58,040 bases of DNA from Nemertoderma westbladi (Eukaryota; Animalia; Xenacoelomorpha). Both the position numbers and the translations under genes were made by a program. The stretch is taken from NCBI GenBank assembly GCA_032718475.1, contig JAUCBJ010003023.1, positions 1-58,040 of the forward strand, given 5' to 3'. Within the stretch, counting starts at the first letter, position 1, and the number at the start of each line of letters is the position of its first letter. Positions 26,101-37,329 of the stretch are shown here, in pieces. The notes under the pieces were generated by a model. It was not told the DNA's origin, made no database searches, and saw only the letters and a list, made by a program, of their open reading frames with translations.

Positions 26101-29100
26101 TGTATCTGTGAACCGAGCTTCTTTCCTTCATACTACTCCAAATTATTATAATTATTATTGGTATTTAGTGGTTTATGTTATTCCAATTTTGTGGGGAACA
26201 GCTAAGCAAAATCGGTATTGATGTCCAGATGGGATCGAAAATGTGAGCTCCAAGCATCGAACCTGAAGGTCACCAGTTTGATCCAATGTGGAAACCAAAG
26301 CCGACTTAGCTAAATTGTTCCAAACGAAAATTACTCGAAAGCTTCACCCTCTCGGTGATCATCTCACATATTGCCTGAGAAAATGTAATGTGAAAAATAA
26401 ACACCTTTAAAATTTTTAAAATTTTAAATAGCAACTAACAGCTGTTATTACTTTCTTGTTAGATACGCATCACTTACCAATGTTGTAACCACTTTCAACT
26501 CTCGCCCTTCCAACCCTTTTGTCTTATCTTCAAACAACATGGATGTCAGATTAAAATTCATATCTCGTACTTTTGGATGGGATAACCAAGTTCCAACCTT
26601 AAATACAAAATTATAACAGTTTAATATAATTTACTGATGTAGGGAGAAGTGATTATTAATTTTTTAATTTGAATTAATAGGCCTAATCTATGAAAAAATT
26701 AATTAAACAATATGAATAATAATGATAACAACAAAATATTATATATACAATAATAACTATACTAGATATGACGTACATCAATCAGCCTTAATACTGGTTT
26801 CTAATTATAATGTATTTTGTACTTATAAGGTTTCCATTATAATGTACGAAATTAATAATATAAATAAAAATACTGTAGAAATGGAAACCATATACCTTAT
26901 TCCACAAAGTTGCATTTGCTTCTTTGTTGTACTTCGTGCAAAGTAGATCAATAGATGTAGACAACCGATAGCCTTCTCCATCTTCAGTAAATTTTAATTG
27001 TCCTGTTCGACCACTGATTGTCAAATTCTAACAATATAACATTTATATAGATTGAGATATATAAACTTATGACCTGAGAAATGTTGAATGCATCAATGTC
27101 GAAAGGAGTCAAGATATTAATTCACTTTTGTAATATTCACTGCCACCACTACTGGTAGTACTGATAATGGCTAATGATTATTATAAATTTGATAAAAAAA
27201 ATCGCATCCATGAAGGCAAAGCATTAATCTATTAGTTTGTCACTGTTTGTATATTTAGCCATATGGATGTTACCTTTATCATACTGTCTCTGAGTATCGT
27301 TCGAACATTTCCAAATTCTTCAACAATATCAGCACTGTAGTGCAGGCAGTTCTCAATTGGTTTGACATTGTCCCAGTTTAGTGGCCTTCTATAATTTTGA
27401 ATTGCTGATGCTATAATTAGAATGCTGTCGTAGATATGATCATAAATTTCATCCTAGAAGCAATAGTTTAAAAACATGACTTTAAGAACAGACTGCGAAA
27501 ACATATATATAAGGTGAAAAATAATTATTAATAAATAAAATAGTGCTTCATTTCCAGGTGTACCTGATATATAAAGATCACCCATGGTGGTGAACAGGCA
27601 TTCCTTGACTTAAAGAGCCAAAAGATTCTCCCATTCATTTCCAGAGCAAGACATCTTTGTCAGAAAGCCTTCAATAAATACCTTCACGAGTTGATTTGAT
27701 TTGTTCTTCTTTGTTCTTATCCAGGCAAACGCTGCAGCATCAGAATTTCGTTACTTTTAGGATGAAAAACATTCCATACCAAACAGCAAATAAATATTAT
27801 TTAATAATGCGACTTACCTTCTCCCCATAACGTTGCATTGTGCCTGATCCTTCTTTAGATGCGGTTCCATTTGTACCATCTTCTGATTTGTTAATAAGTA
27901 GACCATGTGGAACAATCCAACCATTTGTATAGGAGCTCTCTTTCCTGGATCGTGCAATTGCCGCTATACCCGTGCTATTTTGAATATTTTGCAAGCTGGA
28001 TAGGCTGTGTTCTGGATTGGCTAGGATCCAACGATTTCCAGAACCAGTTAGCCCCATAATCTTTGCCTAATTTTAACAATAATTATTATACAGTAATATT
28101 TGGATTGTACTGTCATAAGGATTACACTGGGGAAAAAAAAGAAATAAACTGCAAAGAAAGAGAAAAAGATGACTGAAGAAAAAAGAGCTAGAAAAATAAG
28201 TATATACCAATGGAATGGGAAATGAAATTAATTGAATGTCTACATGTATCTGAATGTCATATAATATGCTAATAATGGGCTAAATATTTGTGCTATGACT
28301 AGCCTATGGACATGCTGTATTGTCACACTGCCATATAAACTATTTTCAACCGACCATATAACCACCATATATATAGTTCTACATAATATATGTGTCCTAT
28401 GGAGTCATACTGAAATAGTTACTTGGTATTCAACAAAATTGACTCAAATCCTATTACCCATGAATTTCGCGAGATTATCCAGATCTCAAAGACTAGTACC
28501 CTGTAGTGGGTGTCTCAAGAAGTCATGGTTGTCCATCGTGCTTATTTTCGCCATGCGCTAAACCAGAAGATCCTGCTTGGTTTCCACGGAGAAACAATGC
28601 ACTGCAAAGCGGAGCTCCATCCAAGTATCAAGCTAGGGGCAACTAATGAGACCCTTCCCATGATGTATATAGTCTGGTTGGAGATGTGTTCATTGTACTT
28701 GACAAAATAAAGAAGGCGTAGCATTATTGTGAATGTGCCATTAAGAGATTATAATTTATTATTGGTGTTATAGGCGAATGATTGGTTTCATATCATTATA
28801 ACTTTTTGTTGGGCACAGCTTTTTGCATAGTCGGAAATGACTGACATGGCAATGAGTCAGCATTGGTAAATTGCGGACATACAGTACAAGGTATCAATCA
28901 GATAGTATTTCCAGGTCTATATTTTACCTGAGCCACTAGCTGAATGGTTAGAGCGTCAGACTTCCAACCCGGAGGTCACCATAGTTCGATCCCACCTGGA
29001 CGTCATTGCCGACTTTGCAAAAAGCTGTGCCCAACAAAAAGTTATAATAGAGATTAGTTGTCCTCAGCAATTGGAGATGTTAGTACTGGTTCTACTGCTG

Positions 29101-32100
29101 TGGTTCTCTAAAGAAACGGACCTTGAGATTCCGTTTTACTCTATGGGTGACTTTCCAATCCTGTACAGACCATTTAATGCATGCCCACGCTGCCTGCTAC
29201 CTTACTTATCCAAAGATCTCGTCCACCTTGCTTCCAGATACAAGAGTGCACTGCACAATCATACAAACATAGGTCAACACAATACTATCAACAATCCTTC
29301 AAGGGCTTCATTACTCCCTGGAAAATGTCAAATGACGAGATTTCGAATGCCAAGGTATGAATACTGTAAAATATCAGCTGAAAATCACTTCGTGCAGGTA
29401 TATGTTCTACCTACGACGTTATATAATATTTCCATTTTCGAACTCATTGATCGTTTAATCTATGAAATACTAATGTAGTACCGGGTGTACACGCACAAAC
29501 TTGGGTAAACAGAAGACTGTCAAGCATAAAGGCTTCACCACTGCCTGTAAAATGTCAGATGGTGAGAATCCAAATGCCACGTTACAGCTACAATCAAATA
29601 TAAATCCGAAAGCATATTGTTACTATAAAAATATCAGATAGAAAACGTTCAACTGTCAGATAGCAGATCGCAACTGCACTTGATCCAAGTCAAAGCACTG
29701 ATTTGTACTGAACTACAGCATGAGAGTGCTAGTAGGCCTACTGCTGTATAGCGAATATTGGACTCTCTAAACGAATTAGAGCTCAGTAGGACTCTGCGCT
29801 CTGCAGCACAGAGACCCTCAGTGGTCACGCACATTACCGGTACTTCATTTTTCATTCAATGATCATTGTTACTTGATTGTTGGAGCTGGGTCTTACCAAA
29901 GTCTGAAAATTTTAAATTTGAATTTGAAATTCGAATTCAATTGGTTTTGACAACTTACCATTTTTATAACTTCTTCAGTATTTTCTTCATTTCCTAATAG
30001 TATAAATTTTAATCCAATATTACTATTAGAGTTACTTCTTTTCAACAAATTCTCCAATTGCCATCTGTGGGATTAAACAGATATATCGTATTATTTCAGG
30101 TTGAATTATTACTTTGCTTAAACACTGGCTATATATGTTATAATTTGTAACGAAATGTAACAACTGTTATTTATGCAGTACTCATAGTACTTACTGAAGA
30201 TTTTTAAATTCACTATCTAATGTTTTATTCATAAATATTCTCAAATGATTGCATTTCACTGGCCCACCGTCTTCAAAAGATATAGCATTCTCCAGAGTTT
30301 CTTTCATTTCTCTGACTCTTTGGTAGCCTGGAAATAGTTGATCAACATTAATGGTTGAGTTCAGAGTAACAATAAAAACTTATATGACAGGAATGATAGC
30401 TACAATAGCATTCTACAAGTATTCCGGGTTGCTCCATGATAATTCTACATAACTGTTAAATTAATATTAAAAATATAAATTTTACAAATATTGGTACGTT
30501 GCTTAACTATGAAACAGGAGATATATCATTCGCATTGGTCTGGTGTACTGGTTCCTATTGACGACTGATGTCAAGCAACGTTCACAGCATTTATAACTGA
30601 TATAACTGATGTATATATATATATCATATATCTGATGTTAATATAACTGTCCATTTGACCATCACAGCATATTGCCTTGCATCATGAAATTTTCACAATT
30701 TGTTCTGTATGAAATTTATAGGTCAATAGTTTTGTTGAATATTGTACTACCATACATGGATAAGATATTATTAAAATATAATTTCATTAATATTATATTA
30801 ATTGTATTAATATCACTTGAACTTACTTATAGTATCGTCGTAAAGGATCGTAATATCTTTCCAAAATAAATTCTTTACTATCCCTTCAAGAACATTGTCT
30901 ACATGTCTTGAGTTTATACTCAAAGAGAACAGATAATCGGTGTCTCTCATTAAACTGCATTTAGTCCTTGGGAGTACAATGTGTGGAATCTGAAACTCTT
31001 CGCTTAGTGATTGCAGAGTGAGTGAGGTTGAACATGTTGATGACGATATAAGAACAGCGGCCTTATTGGCTAACATTGCGCAAGCTATAACACAATGAAA
31101 GTTGTAATATGATAATAATTCATGGGGTATGAATTCGCAAAATATGCGGAAATAATGCCAAATATTTAGGGTACTTAGAAGTAACAAATATTTGTAAAAT
31201 AAATTGTAGTCATTGTGATTTTAGGATCTGATTTTAGGCCTATCATCTGAAGGAAACACTGGTCTCTTCGATTCTTTCCTCGAGAGAGTCAGACAAGGAA
31301 ATGAAATACATTGTATAATATATCTTCTTCATCCTGGAACTTATTATTTTTATATAATACTGACATAACGGCTAAGGCCGTCAAATTACCAACAGTCATA
31401 CACACGTTATGGTTATGACCAGTTAAACATCGATTACAATGAGTGTGAGATTATATATATGACACAGCAATAATATAAAAATAGTCACCCAGAAAGAATT
31501 GGATGTAGGACAATTCGGTCCCGGACAATTCGGTCCCGGACAATTCGGTCCCGGACAATTCGGTCCGGACAATTCGGTCCCGGACAATTCGGTCCCGGAC
31601 AATTCGGTCCCAAAACACTAAATAAATGGGACCGAATTGTCCGGGACCGAATTGTCCGGGACCGAATTGTCCTAGGACCGAATTGTCCTAGGACCGAATT
31701 GTCCGGGACCAAATTGTCCGGGACCGAATTGTCCGGTTCCTGATAGCAACTTTTTAGTGCTTTTTTGATATTCGTGAATGTTCTAGAACATTAGTAGAGA
31801 TATTTGTTATGGTAGCTAGTGTTATTTACTTGCTAGAACTTTTTGAAATTTTAAAAATACTGTATTTTTTTTTATTTTTGTTATTGGTAGTGTTCGAGAA
31901 CATTATTATATATTATTTATTAAGGTGTAGCTAGTGTTTTTTTTACTAGCTAGCAATTCTTTGAAATTATAAAAATACCTGTGAAAACATTGATATTTCA
32001 GAATTAGGCCTAAACTGTTGCTGATTATATTAATTACCAACAATATTGATGATAAAATTATAACAGTCCCTGAATGAGATCCAGCTATTATCTAGGATAA

Positions 32101-34745
32101 TAATTTAGGCTTGTTAACCAACCAACAACACATACAGTATACTTACGCAATATATTAAAAAAATCAGCTTTAAGCATTTTAAATACATACTATTACTAGC
32201 TAGTAAATAATTAACAAGCTCCATAAAAACACCTAGCTACCATAAATAATAATGTTAACAAAAAAAAAGTAAATTTTTTTTATTTAAAAAAAAATACTAG
32301 CTAGCAAAAAAAACACTAGCTACCATATAATAATATATATTAAGGTTCTAGATCATTCACCATTATATAGTACCAATTAAATTTGGTCCCGGACAATTCG
32401 GTCCCAGACAATTCGGTCCCGGACAATTCGGTCCCATTAATATGCATGTTTTGGGACCGAATTGTCCTAGTCAGTATCCGGACAATTCGGTCCCAGACAA
32501 TTCGGTCCCGGACAATTCGGTCCCGGACAATTCGGTCCCGGACAATTCGGTCCCAAAACATAAAATTAATGGGACCGAATTGTCCGGGACCGAATTGTCC
32601 GGACCGAATTGTCCGGGACCGAATTGTCCTGCTTCCGAAAGAATTGGTTAATATTAACCAATTCTTTAGCATACTTTCATTAAAGAAGTATGCTTTTTTA
32701 TACTGTCGGACTTATATAACTTCAAAACAGCTGTACTGCTGTACATAATATTACTAAATACCTTTAATTTAATTCTAACAAAAATTATATTGTGCTGCAA
32801 CTAATAATGCTTTAATATAATAGGGTTGGTGCGGGAAAAACAATTAAATAAGGGGGAACAAGATGCTCTGAAACAAGTGGTGGTGGCGGGGTGTTTTTTT
32901 TGTAAAAACACGAGGAAACGGTCTCTTATAATTTCTTATCTTGGTTTCTATGGATAGAGATTTTCGATCGATTCAAATACATATTAAATATATAAGCCTA
33001 TTACAGTATCTGAGTATTGCAGCTTTACTTCATTAAGTTGGGTTTACCGGCAACATTTTTAATATGCAAGTGTAGCCTACTGACAATTATTACTGTATTA
33101 TAGTACCAGCTGACCGGTATTAAAAGTTTAATGTTATTTTAAATCTAATAATCTGTAGGCCTTACCGTCAGACAATACTCAAACAGCTTGGAATGCAGTA
33201 TTGCTGATGGAAATACTGCTGGAAACAACATTATATAATACATATATATTATAAATAATATACAAAAGACGCACAAGACTCTCCGCTTTCAATTAATATA
33301 AGCCACGTGTCAAATGATTGGGATTTAATATGTATTTGAATCGATCGAAAATCTCTATCCATAGAAAATCCATAAAAAATCCATAAAAAATTATCAGAGC
33401 ACTGCGTAATGACGTCAAATATGTAGCATCCAATCACAGCCGATTTTCAAAATTGGCTTTCCGCGCGCTTACTTAAACCCGCCATTTAGACCGCTTCCTC
33501 GTGTTTTTAGACAAAACACAACCCGCCACTAGATTCAGAGCACCTTGTTACCCTTTATTCGATTGTTTCTAGCCCAGCAATTGGTTCGCGCACCAACTCT
33601 ATTGAGATATATTGTTGGAAACATGACAGTTCCTAAGCTATTAACTTTATTGTATCCCATGGTAATAGTAACGAAGAGATCAATGAAGTAGTTGATGATT
33701 CTTATAAGGATTATTAACTTACTAAATAAATTGTGTTGTTTGTAGTCAGTCATGTGCATCCATGTGCGTCCATGCAACGTACCTGATTTCATAACTACGA
33801 ATGGTTCAACAGCTTCATGAATTTTTATCGTTGTACTTAAATGAACCTTTATAGTATTTTCAAATTCTTTGTTTATATCATCTCGAATTTGTTCTATTAT
33901 CTTGTGATCCATTGCTACATCCTCTAACAATATTCCTGAAAGAAAGATAATTATTATTCATAAAGAACTTAATATTTTCATGATAATCCACTCCATAACG
34001 AAAAAATTATTCATCCGTCCTGGTAGCTCATATCTTTGGACACACACACTCGGCTGTTGGTAACTGGAAGTTTGAAACCTAAGTACCATGTTCGAGCCCC
34101 AATAGGGTCGGTTGATATTTTTCGCTATGGAGAGCATTATCATAACATAATATAAATTTAATTCGCCGTCACCCCACCCAACAACAATTCAATTACTGAA
34201 TCTGGTCATTCGACCCCTAGTGGCCGACATAGGAACTATAGCATTTCTAAACTTTTAATAGACTACACGTGTACCAGATTTCGATCCATTTCATAAAAAA
34301 TTGAGGGATCCTGACCGCATTCCATCTCAATCCCCGCCAACCTAGTCACCTCCCACCATCATGCAGATCGGGTCGAACAGTAGGCCCCACTGTACCGCAC
34401 GCAACACTAAACCTCGATATCACATCACAACCATTTTGGCGATGAATGGCCCTTTCGCTTAGTACATTAATTAAATGTGACATTTAGTTCTATACTATCA
34501 TAAATTATAAATTAACTGTTTAATTCATAGTAACTTAATCAAATGATGAATTATTACTATTATCCTCATTCCGTTATCTTTTTCAATTATGTTTTAATAT
34601 AAATATTTTAGATAATAAATTTACCAATTCTTATTATGTTTCGATTGTAATTGTCATTAATACACTTTACGCCATCTTTATTAGCAGAAGTTAATTGAAA
34701 TTGGGTCGCATACATAATTATAATTAATAGACAGGAATACTTCAT
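4982..34745 (-). CDS. Ionotropic glutamate receptor family subunit (non-NMDA, AMPA/kainate/delta-like). Multi-exon gene with 17 coding exon positions, of which position 10 has three alternatives; about 966 aa
   Basis: Exon chain with GT-AG boundaries and consistent phases. Summed CDS is 2901 nt using exon 10A. Motifs: [90 protein letters not shown]4 VAGVFYIL. Subfamily not assignable without a tree. Confidence 0.95.
5434..6854. mobile_element. Non-autonomous Mutator-like (MULE) element with long TIRs and a transposase remnant
   Basis: About 5445-5560 is an inverted repeat of about 6720-6850. Minus strand about 6370-6535 reads [10 protein letters not shown]...[12 protein letters not shown]. 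Flanking direct repeat gtgcaacatgat at 5422 and 6855. Confidence 0.7.
7049..7276 (-). CDS. iGluR exon 16 (end of S2 and M4)
   Basis: [18 protein letters not shown]...C...[12 protein letters not shown]. Ends at donor AA|GTAAAT, or at in-frame TAA (7045-7047) if unspliced. Confidence 0.94.
7732..7889 (-). CDS. iGluR exon 15 (S2: [14 protein letters not shown]...[19 protein letters not shown])
   Basis: ttttcag acceptor, GTGAGA donor, phase 0-2. Confidence 0.95.
8040..8440. repeat. MITE-like element with inverted arrays of (gggcgaagattg)-type subrepeats
   Basis: caatcttcgccc-like units at 8070-8170 mirrored by gggcgaagattg-like units at 8335-8430. Confidence 0.5.
8465..8613 (-). CDS. iGluR exon 14 (S2: [12 protein letters not shown]...DGYARVKK)
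   Basis: ttacag acceptor, GTAATT donor, phase 1-0. Confidence 0.94.
8745..8924 (-). CDS. iGluR exon 13 (M3 gate: [41 protein letters not shown]...KYG)
   Basis: TYTANLAAF gate motif; catag acceptor, GTAAGT donor, phase 1-1. Confidence 0.97.
9390..9655 (-). mobile_element. 3' fragment of a CRE-like non-LTR element (RLE C-terminus)
   Basis: [19 protein letters not shown]......[13 protein letters not shown] motif. Confidence 0.7.
10951..11770 (-). repeat. 41-bp tandem repeat (about 20 units) of the exon 12 3' end plus splice donor
   Basis: Sense unit GTTTGCGCTCGCATCTCTCATGCAGCAAG|GTGAGTTATTAG; 20 donor copies counted, including the authentic one. Confidence 0.95.
11742..11955 (-). CDS. iGluR exon 12 (pre-M1, M1 and M2 pore loop ...[11 protein letters not shown])
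   Basis: F.F.EPL...VW and NS.WF...SLMQQG motifs; GTGAGT donor, phase 0-1. Confidence 0.95.
12459..12578 (-). CDS. iGluR exon 11 (rest of S1: [40 protein letters not shown])
   Basis: ttacag acceptor, GTATAA donor, 120 nt; contains the ligand-binding Arg motif. Confidence 0.94.
15600..15812 (-). CDS. iGluR exon 10C, S1 segment variant C (ESPFSM...FFGYCFDVI...DSYG...[11 protein letters not shown])
   Basis: 213 nt, phase 0-0, aatag acceptor, GTAATA donor, no stops. Confidence 0.9.
16330..18235 (+). mobile_element. 5'-truncated RTE-clade LINE with frameshifted reverse transcriptase, antisense within the intron between exons 10B and 10C
   Basis: [45 protein letters not shown] and RLRFAGH motifs across three frames; (TAG)n tail. 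Confidence 0.93.
18275..20485. repeat. GC-rich minisatellite, about 40/45-bp unit (cccagcctactgcgccacttggtagccccgcaccgtcctcaat)
   Basis: Directly visible tandem array of roughly 50 units. Confidence 0.95.
20747..20959 (-). CDS. iGluR exon 10B, S1 segment variant B (EAPFVM...YVGYCIDVI...DGKYG...[11 protein letters not shown])
   Basis: 213 nt, phase 0-0, tttcag acceptor, GTTTGT donor, no stops. Confidence 0.9.
22165..23510. repeat. 57/59-bp tandem repeat (22515-23510) with an inverted partial copy at 22165-22260
   Basis: cgcgaagatcgcgacgtttgcgaagctccacctatagtattggtagacacaaaata units; the reverse complement tataggtggagcttcgcaaacgtcgcg occurs at about 22220. Confidence 0.92.
24181..24571. mobile_element. 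hAT-like MITE
   Basis: TIRs cagggccgcttt...aaagcggccctg with a perfect 8-bp TSD agtagtat on both sides. Confidence 0.88.
25124..25339 (-). CDS. iGluR exon 10A, S1 ligand-binding segment variant A (EEPFVM...YVGYCIEVL...NSYG...[11 protein letters not shown])
   Basis: 216 nt, phase 0-0, gcaag acceptor, GTATGT donor, no stops. Confidence 0.9.
26011..26120. repeat. Small hairpin or MITE-like inverted repeat
   Basis: aagcccagttcactgatacactttcagt pairs imperfectly with actgcaaagtgtatctgtgaaccgagctt. Confidence 0.65.
26478..26597 (-). CDS. iGluR exon 9 (VGTW...[10 protein letters not shown]; ATD-S1 linker)
   Basis: VG.W and L.VVT motifs; aag acceptor, GTAAGT donor, 120 nt, phase 0-0. Confidence 0.92.
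26896..27027 (-). CDS. iGluR exon 8 (ATD: [18 protein letters not shown])
   Basis: G.TG...F...G.R motif; ttag acceptor, GTATAT donor, 132 nt. Confidence 0.9.
27274..27453 (-). CDS. iGluR exon 7 (ATD: [18 protein letters not shown]...ENC...)
   Basis: YDS..i motif plus conserved Cys; ctag acceptor, GTAACA donor, 180 nt. Confidence 0.87.
27818..28066 (-). CDS. iGluR exon 6 (ATD: [17 protein letters not shown]...)
   Basis: A..mGl.....WIl ATD motif; ttag acceptor, GTAAGT donor, 249 nt, phase 0-0. Confidence 0.87.
28510..29230 (-). mobile_element. Degenerate RTE LINE 3' remnant interrupted by the fold-back insertion
   Basis: Reverse-complement similarity to about 17620-18080 on both sides of the insertion. 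Confidence 0.7.
28752..29048 (+). mobile_element. tRNA-derived (SINE-like) fold-back insertion within an RTE remnant
   Basis: A box TAGCTGAATGG, loop CTTCCAA and B box GTTCGATCC at 28930-29005; 47-bp inverted arms 28795-28841 and 29002-29048; flanking direct repeat agagatta. Confidence 0.65.
29959..30064 (-). CDS. iGluR exon 5 (ATD: WQLENLLKR...[17 protein letters not shown])
   Basis: ccacag acceptor, GTAAGT donor, phase 2-0. Confidence 0.82.
30195..30327 (-). CDS. iGluR exon 4 (ATD: [15 protein letters not shown]...)
   Basis: ttccag acceptor, GTAAGT donor, phase 1-2, open frame. Confidence 0.8.
30827..31084 (-). CDS. iGluR exon 3 (ATD: [18 protein letters not shown]...[13 protein letters not shown]...[10 protein letters not shown])
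   Basis: Typical ATD motifs (IPHI; W..I.ILYD); ttatag acceptor, GTAAGT donor, phase 1-1. Confidence 0.92.
31505..32635. repeat. Foldback-like element made of inverted arrays of a 15-bp unit (ggacaattcggtccc)
   Basis: Direct and inverted arrays at 31508-31737 and 32383-32630, flanking an AT-rich core that is itself partly palindromic. Confidence 0.8.
33783..33935 (-). CDS. iGluR exon 2 (ATD: [12 protein letters not shown]...EPFVVMKS)
   Basis: tttcag|GA acceptor, G|GTACGT donor, phase 1-1, open frame. Confidence 0.8.
34625..34745 (-). CDS. iGluR exon 1 (probable signal peptide [21 protein letters not shown]...IIRIG)
   Basis: Hydrophobic N-terminus; donor G|GTAAAT, phase 1. An upstream in-frame ATG at 34793 is an alternative start. 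Confidence 0.75.
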
Positions 34746-37329
34746 GACTATATATTTGAATTCATCGAAGTTAAAATTATATACTGTAATCATTCTTAAT
34801 AGATTTTAAAAATATATTACATGTTGCTACAACATAATACAACAATATTATAAAAAATGTTTTAATTTATGTTTGTTATGTTACTAAAAATATTCCTTAT
34901 CATAAAAAAATTAACCATATCAAAATTGGATCATTTCGTACACCATGTCCTGGAATATAGTGTCGTTATTCAGGTACCCCCACCCCCCTCCAAATTTTTC
35001 TCAACAAATTTGTATGAGATTGCATGAAATTTGAAACAGAGATAGATTCTCCTCCCTCCTCCTGGCTGCTGGGTGACCGTGAAATTTTAATTTTGTTTGA
35101 ACTTATTATTTACAAGCCTTTGAAAAGGGGGTTCCCGTTAATTAACCAGTTATTTTACCAGTTACACCGCAGTTATTCTTCACCCTTATAGTGATTTGTT
35201 GGTTCCGTTAGAAATTAGAAAGCTGTCCATGTAATGATTACAAATATGTAACATATTCTGCATTTAGTCACAATATAGCTGAGATATGAGGGTCAAAAGT
35301 TACATGGTTTTGCACCTGCTGTATGTACCTGTTATATATTTAGAATCCTTGCATGGCCAGCTTTCTAACAGTACCAACACGAGTGGGGCCTCCGTGCAGC
35401 AAAAGCTGCAAGCCATCTTAGCGAACAATTATAACGAACCTGCCTATTAATAGGCCAGGGTAGTTCTTGTCAAGAGTTGAGTCGTTCAAAAACACGATGT
35501 GGTTGTGTGTGTGTGTATGTATAACCATCCAATATCTCAAAAACTCAAGCAGGTGCGTAAAAATTTTAATAACAAACTCTACATAAATTTTGGTTGCGCA
35601 CAAGACTGTATATTTTTTGTAGCGTTTCGATCAAAGGGTCACTGAAAAATAGCGGTTTTGAAAATTTAAAGTCGAATTTCACCGATTTCAACACGTCGGG
35701 TATGCACCAACTTTTTTATTTGGGCTATTCAGTCATTTGAGCAACATATTTTTGCCTCAGAATCTTGTCAAATATCGCCAATCTCGCACAGAACGTCGCC
35801 AAGATTTGTTAGTCCGGCAAAAAAACGCACTAATTCGTCTAAAAGAGTAAATAATTATTGGTTGCAGAATAATATAATGTGATTCAACTTGAAAAGTCAG
35901 ACAACTAGACAAACGTAGTGTTAGTTGGGTCCCTCAGCATTCATTATCATCAACCTATAAAACATTTGAACGGCCCAGTGCTTACAATGATATTCCCAAA
36001 GAATTCACTGGGAAGAGCTATTCAGCTGGCGGGGTAATACATTATACAAACTAACATTTGATGTTTGATTACTGTCTGGGGTAAAGTGAGGGAGTAATAA
36101 ATTTAGTAAGTAATATACTTCTCTGCAGTTTGGGCCTATCCATTCAATAAAATAGTAGTAGCTTACTAGGCCCTCATGAGTACCAGCAGCTGGTGTTTCT
36201 ATCGTTGAGTTGATGGCAATTTTCGTGTTTTCATTTTCGTTCACTCAGGGTACTGGTTTGAGGGGCAGGTTCGTTTAAAGCCAGCTTGCTGGCATTCTAG
36301 TAATTATACTGAACTTGAGAGAAACGAAATTGCGACAAATATGGATGGAGAATGGATCCTGGAAGGATCTCATTTCCACTGTCCGAGTTTACTCGACATG
36401 TAGTACTGTAGCACAGTAGTACAATTATACTATGGTGGTTATATCTTGGCTCCGACACACACATTTCATGAAATCTCATTAAAATTAGTAGAAAAATTTG
36501 GGGAGGATCCAGGTAAATGAATAACGACATTATATTCCATGACATGGTGTATAAAGTTAAGTTGTCCCTCTGAGCAGTTTCTAAAGGGTATCATCACAAA
36601 CTCACGACACAAACAGGTTCCAAAGTGGTAGATGCTAAATTCACTCCACAGACTTGACATCTTCAATAGGCACCAGGGCTTCATCCATTGGATGTTGCCA
36701 TGTAAACTAGCTCCGCCTACTTAACATAAATCAGCTGATTCTTTGTTCATTCGACAGCAGTAGTATGTAGTACTACCGGTAGGTTTGATTTGATTACACA
36801 ATTACCAATTACCGTACTGAATTAGGCCTACAACATGAAGTAAGTGAGTCTGCTAGTATACAGGTATATTTGCAGATGCGAGCGCGATGCCTAGCCTGCA
36901 TGTACGGGTGCCAGGGTGCTGCAGCCACCATCCGAACGGAACTTGCGTATCAGATCAGCAGATAGATATACTGATATAGATCGTACCGGAACTGGTAGGC
37001 CTACTGCAGTACCGGTCTGCCGGTAGTCAGTCATGAATTTATTTCAGATTTATAGCCTACCGCGCTACCGGTTAGCCGGTAGTCGTTTTTTTAGTCTTTT
37101 AATTACCGGTAACCATTCTGCCGTTGACTCCTCTTTTAGCCCATATGCTGAGCTGATATGCCTATTCTGTTGTTCATGTATTCTGACATTCAGGCATTAG
37201 CAATATTTAGGGCCCTAATTCATTTGCTAATTCTTCTATATTCTAATTCGTCTATACTGCTAATTCCTGTACAGCTGTAGGCCCTACTCGTAATATTTCA
37301 GTATATTATTAATTAATTGATTATTAATT

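Noticed and set aside
28930-29005. Functional tRNA-Gly(TCC) gene
   Set aside because: Acceptor, anticodon and T stems pair poorly and it sits inside a repeat insertion; more likely SINE-derived.
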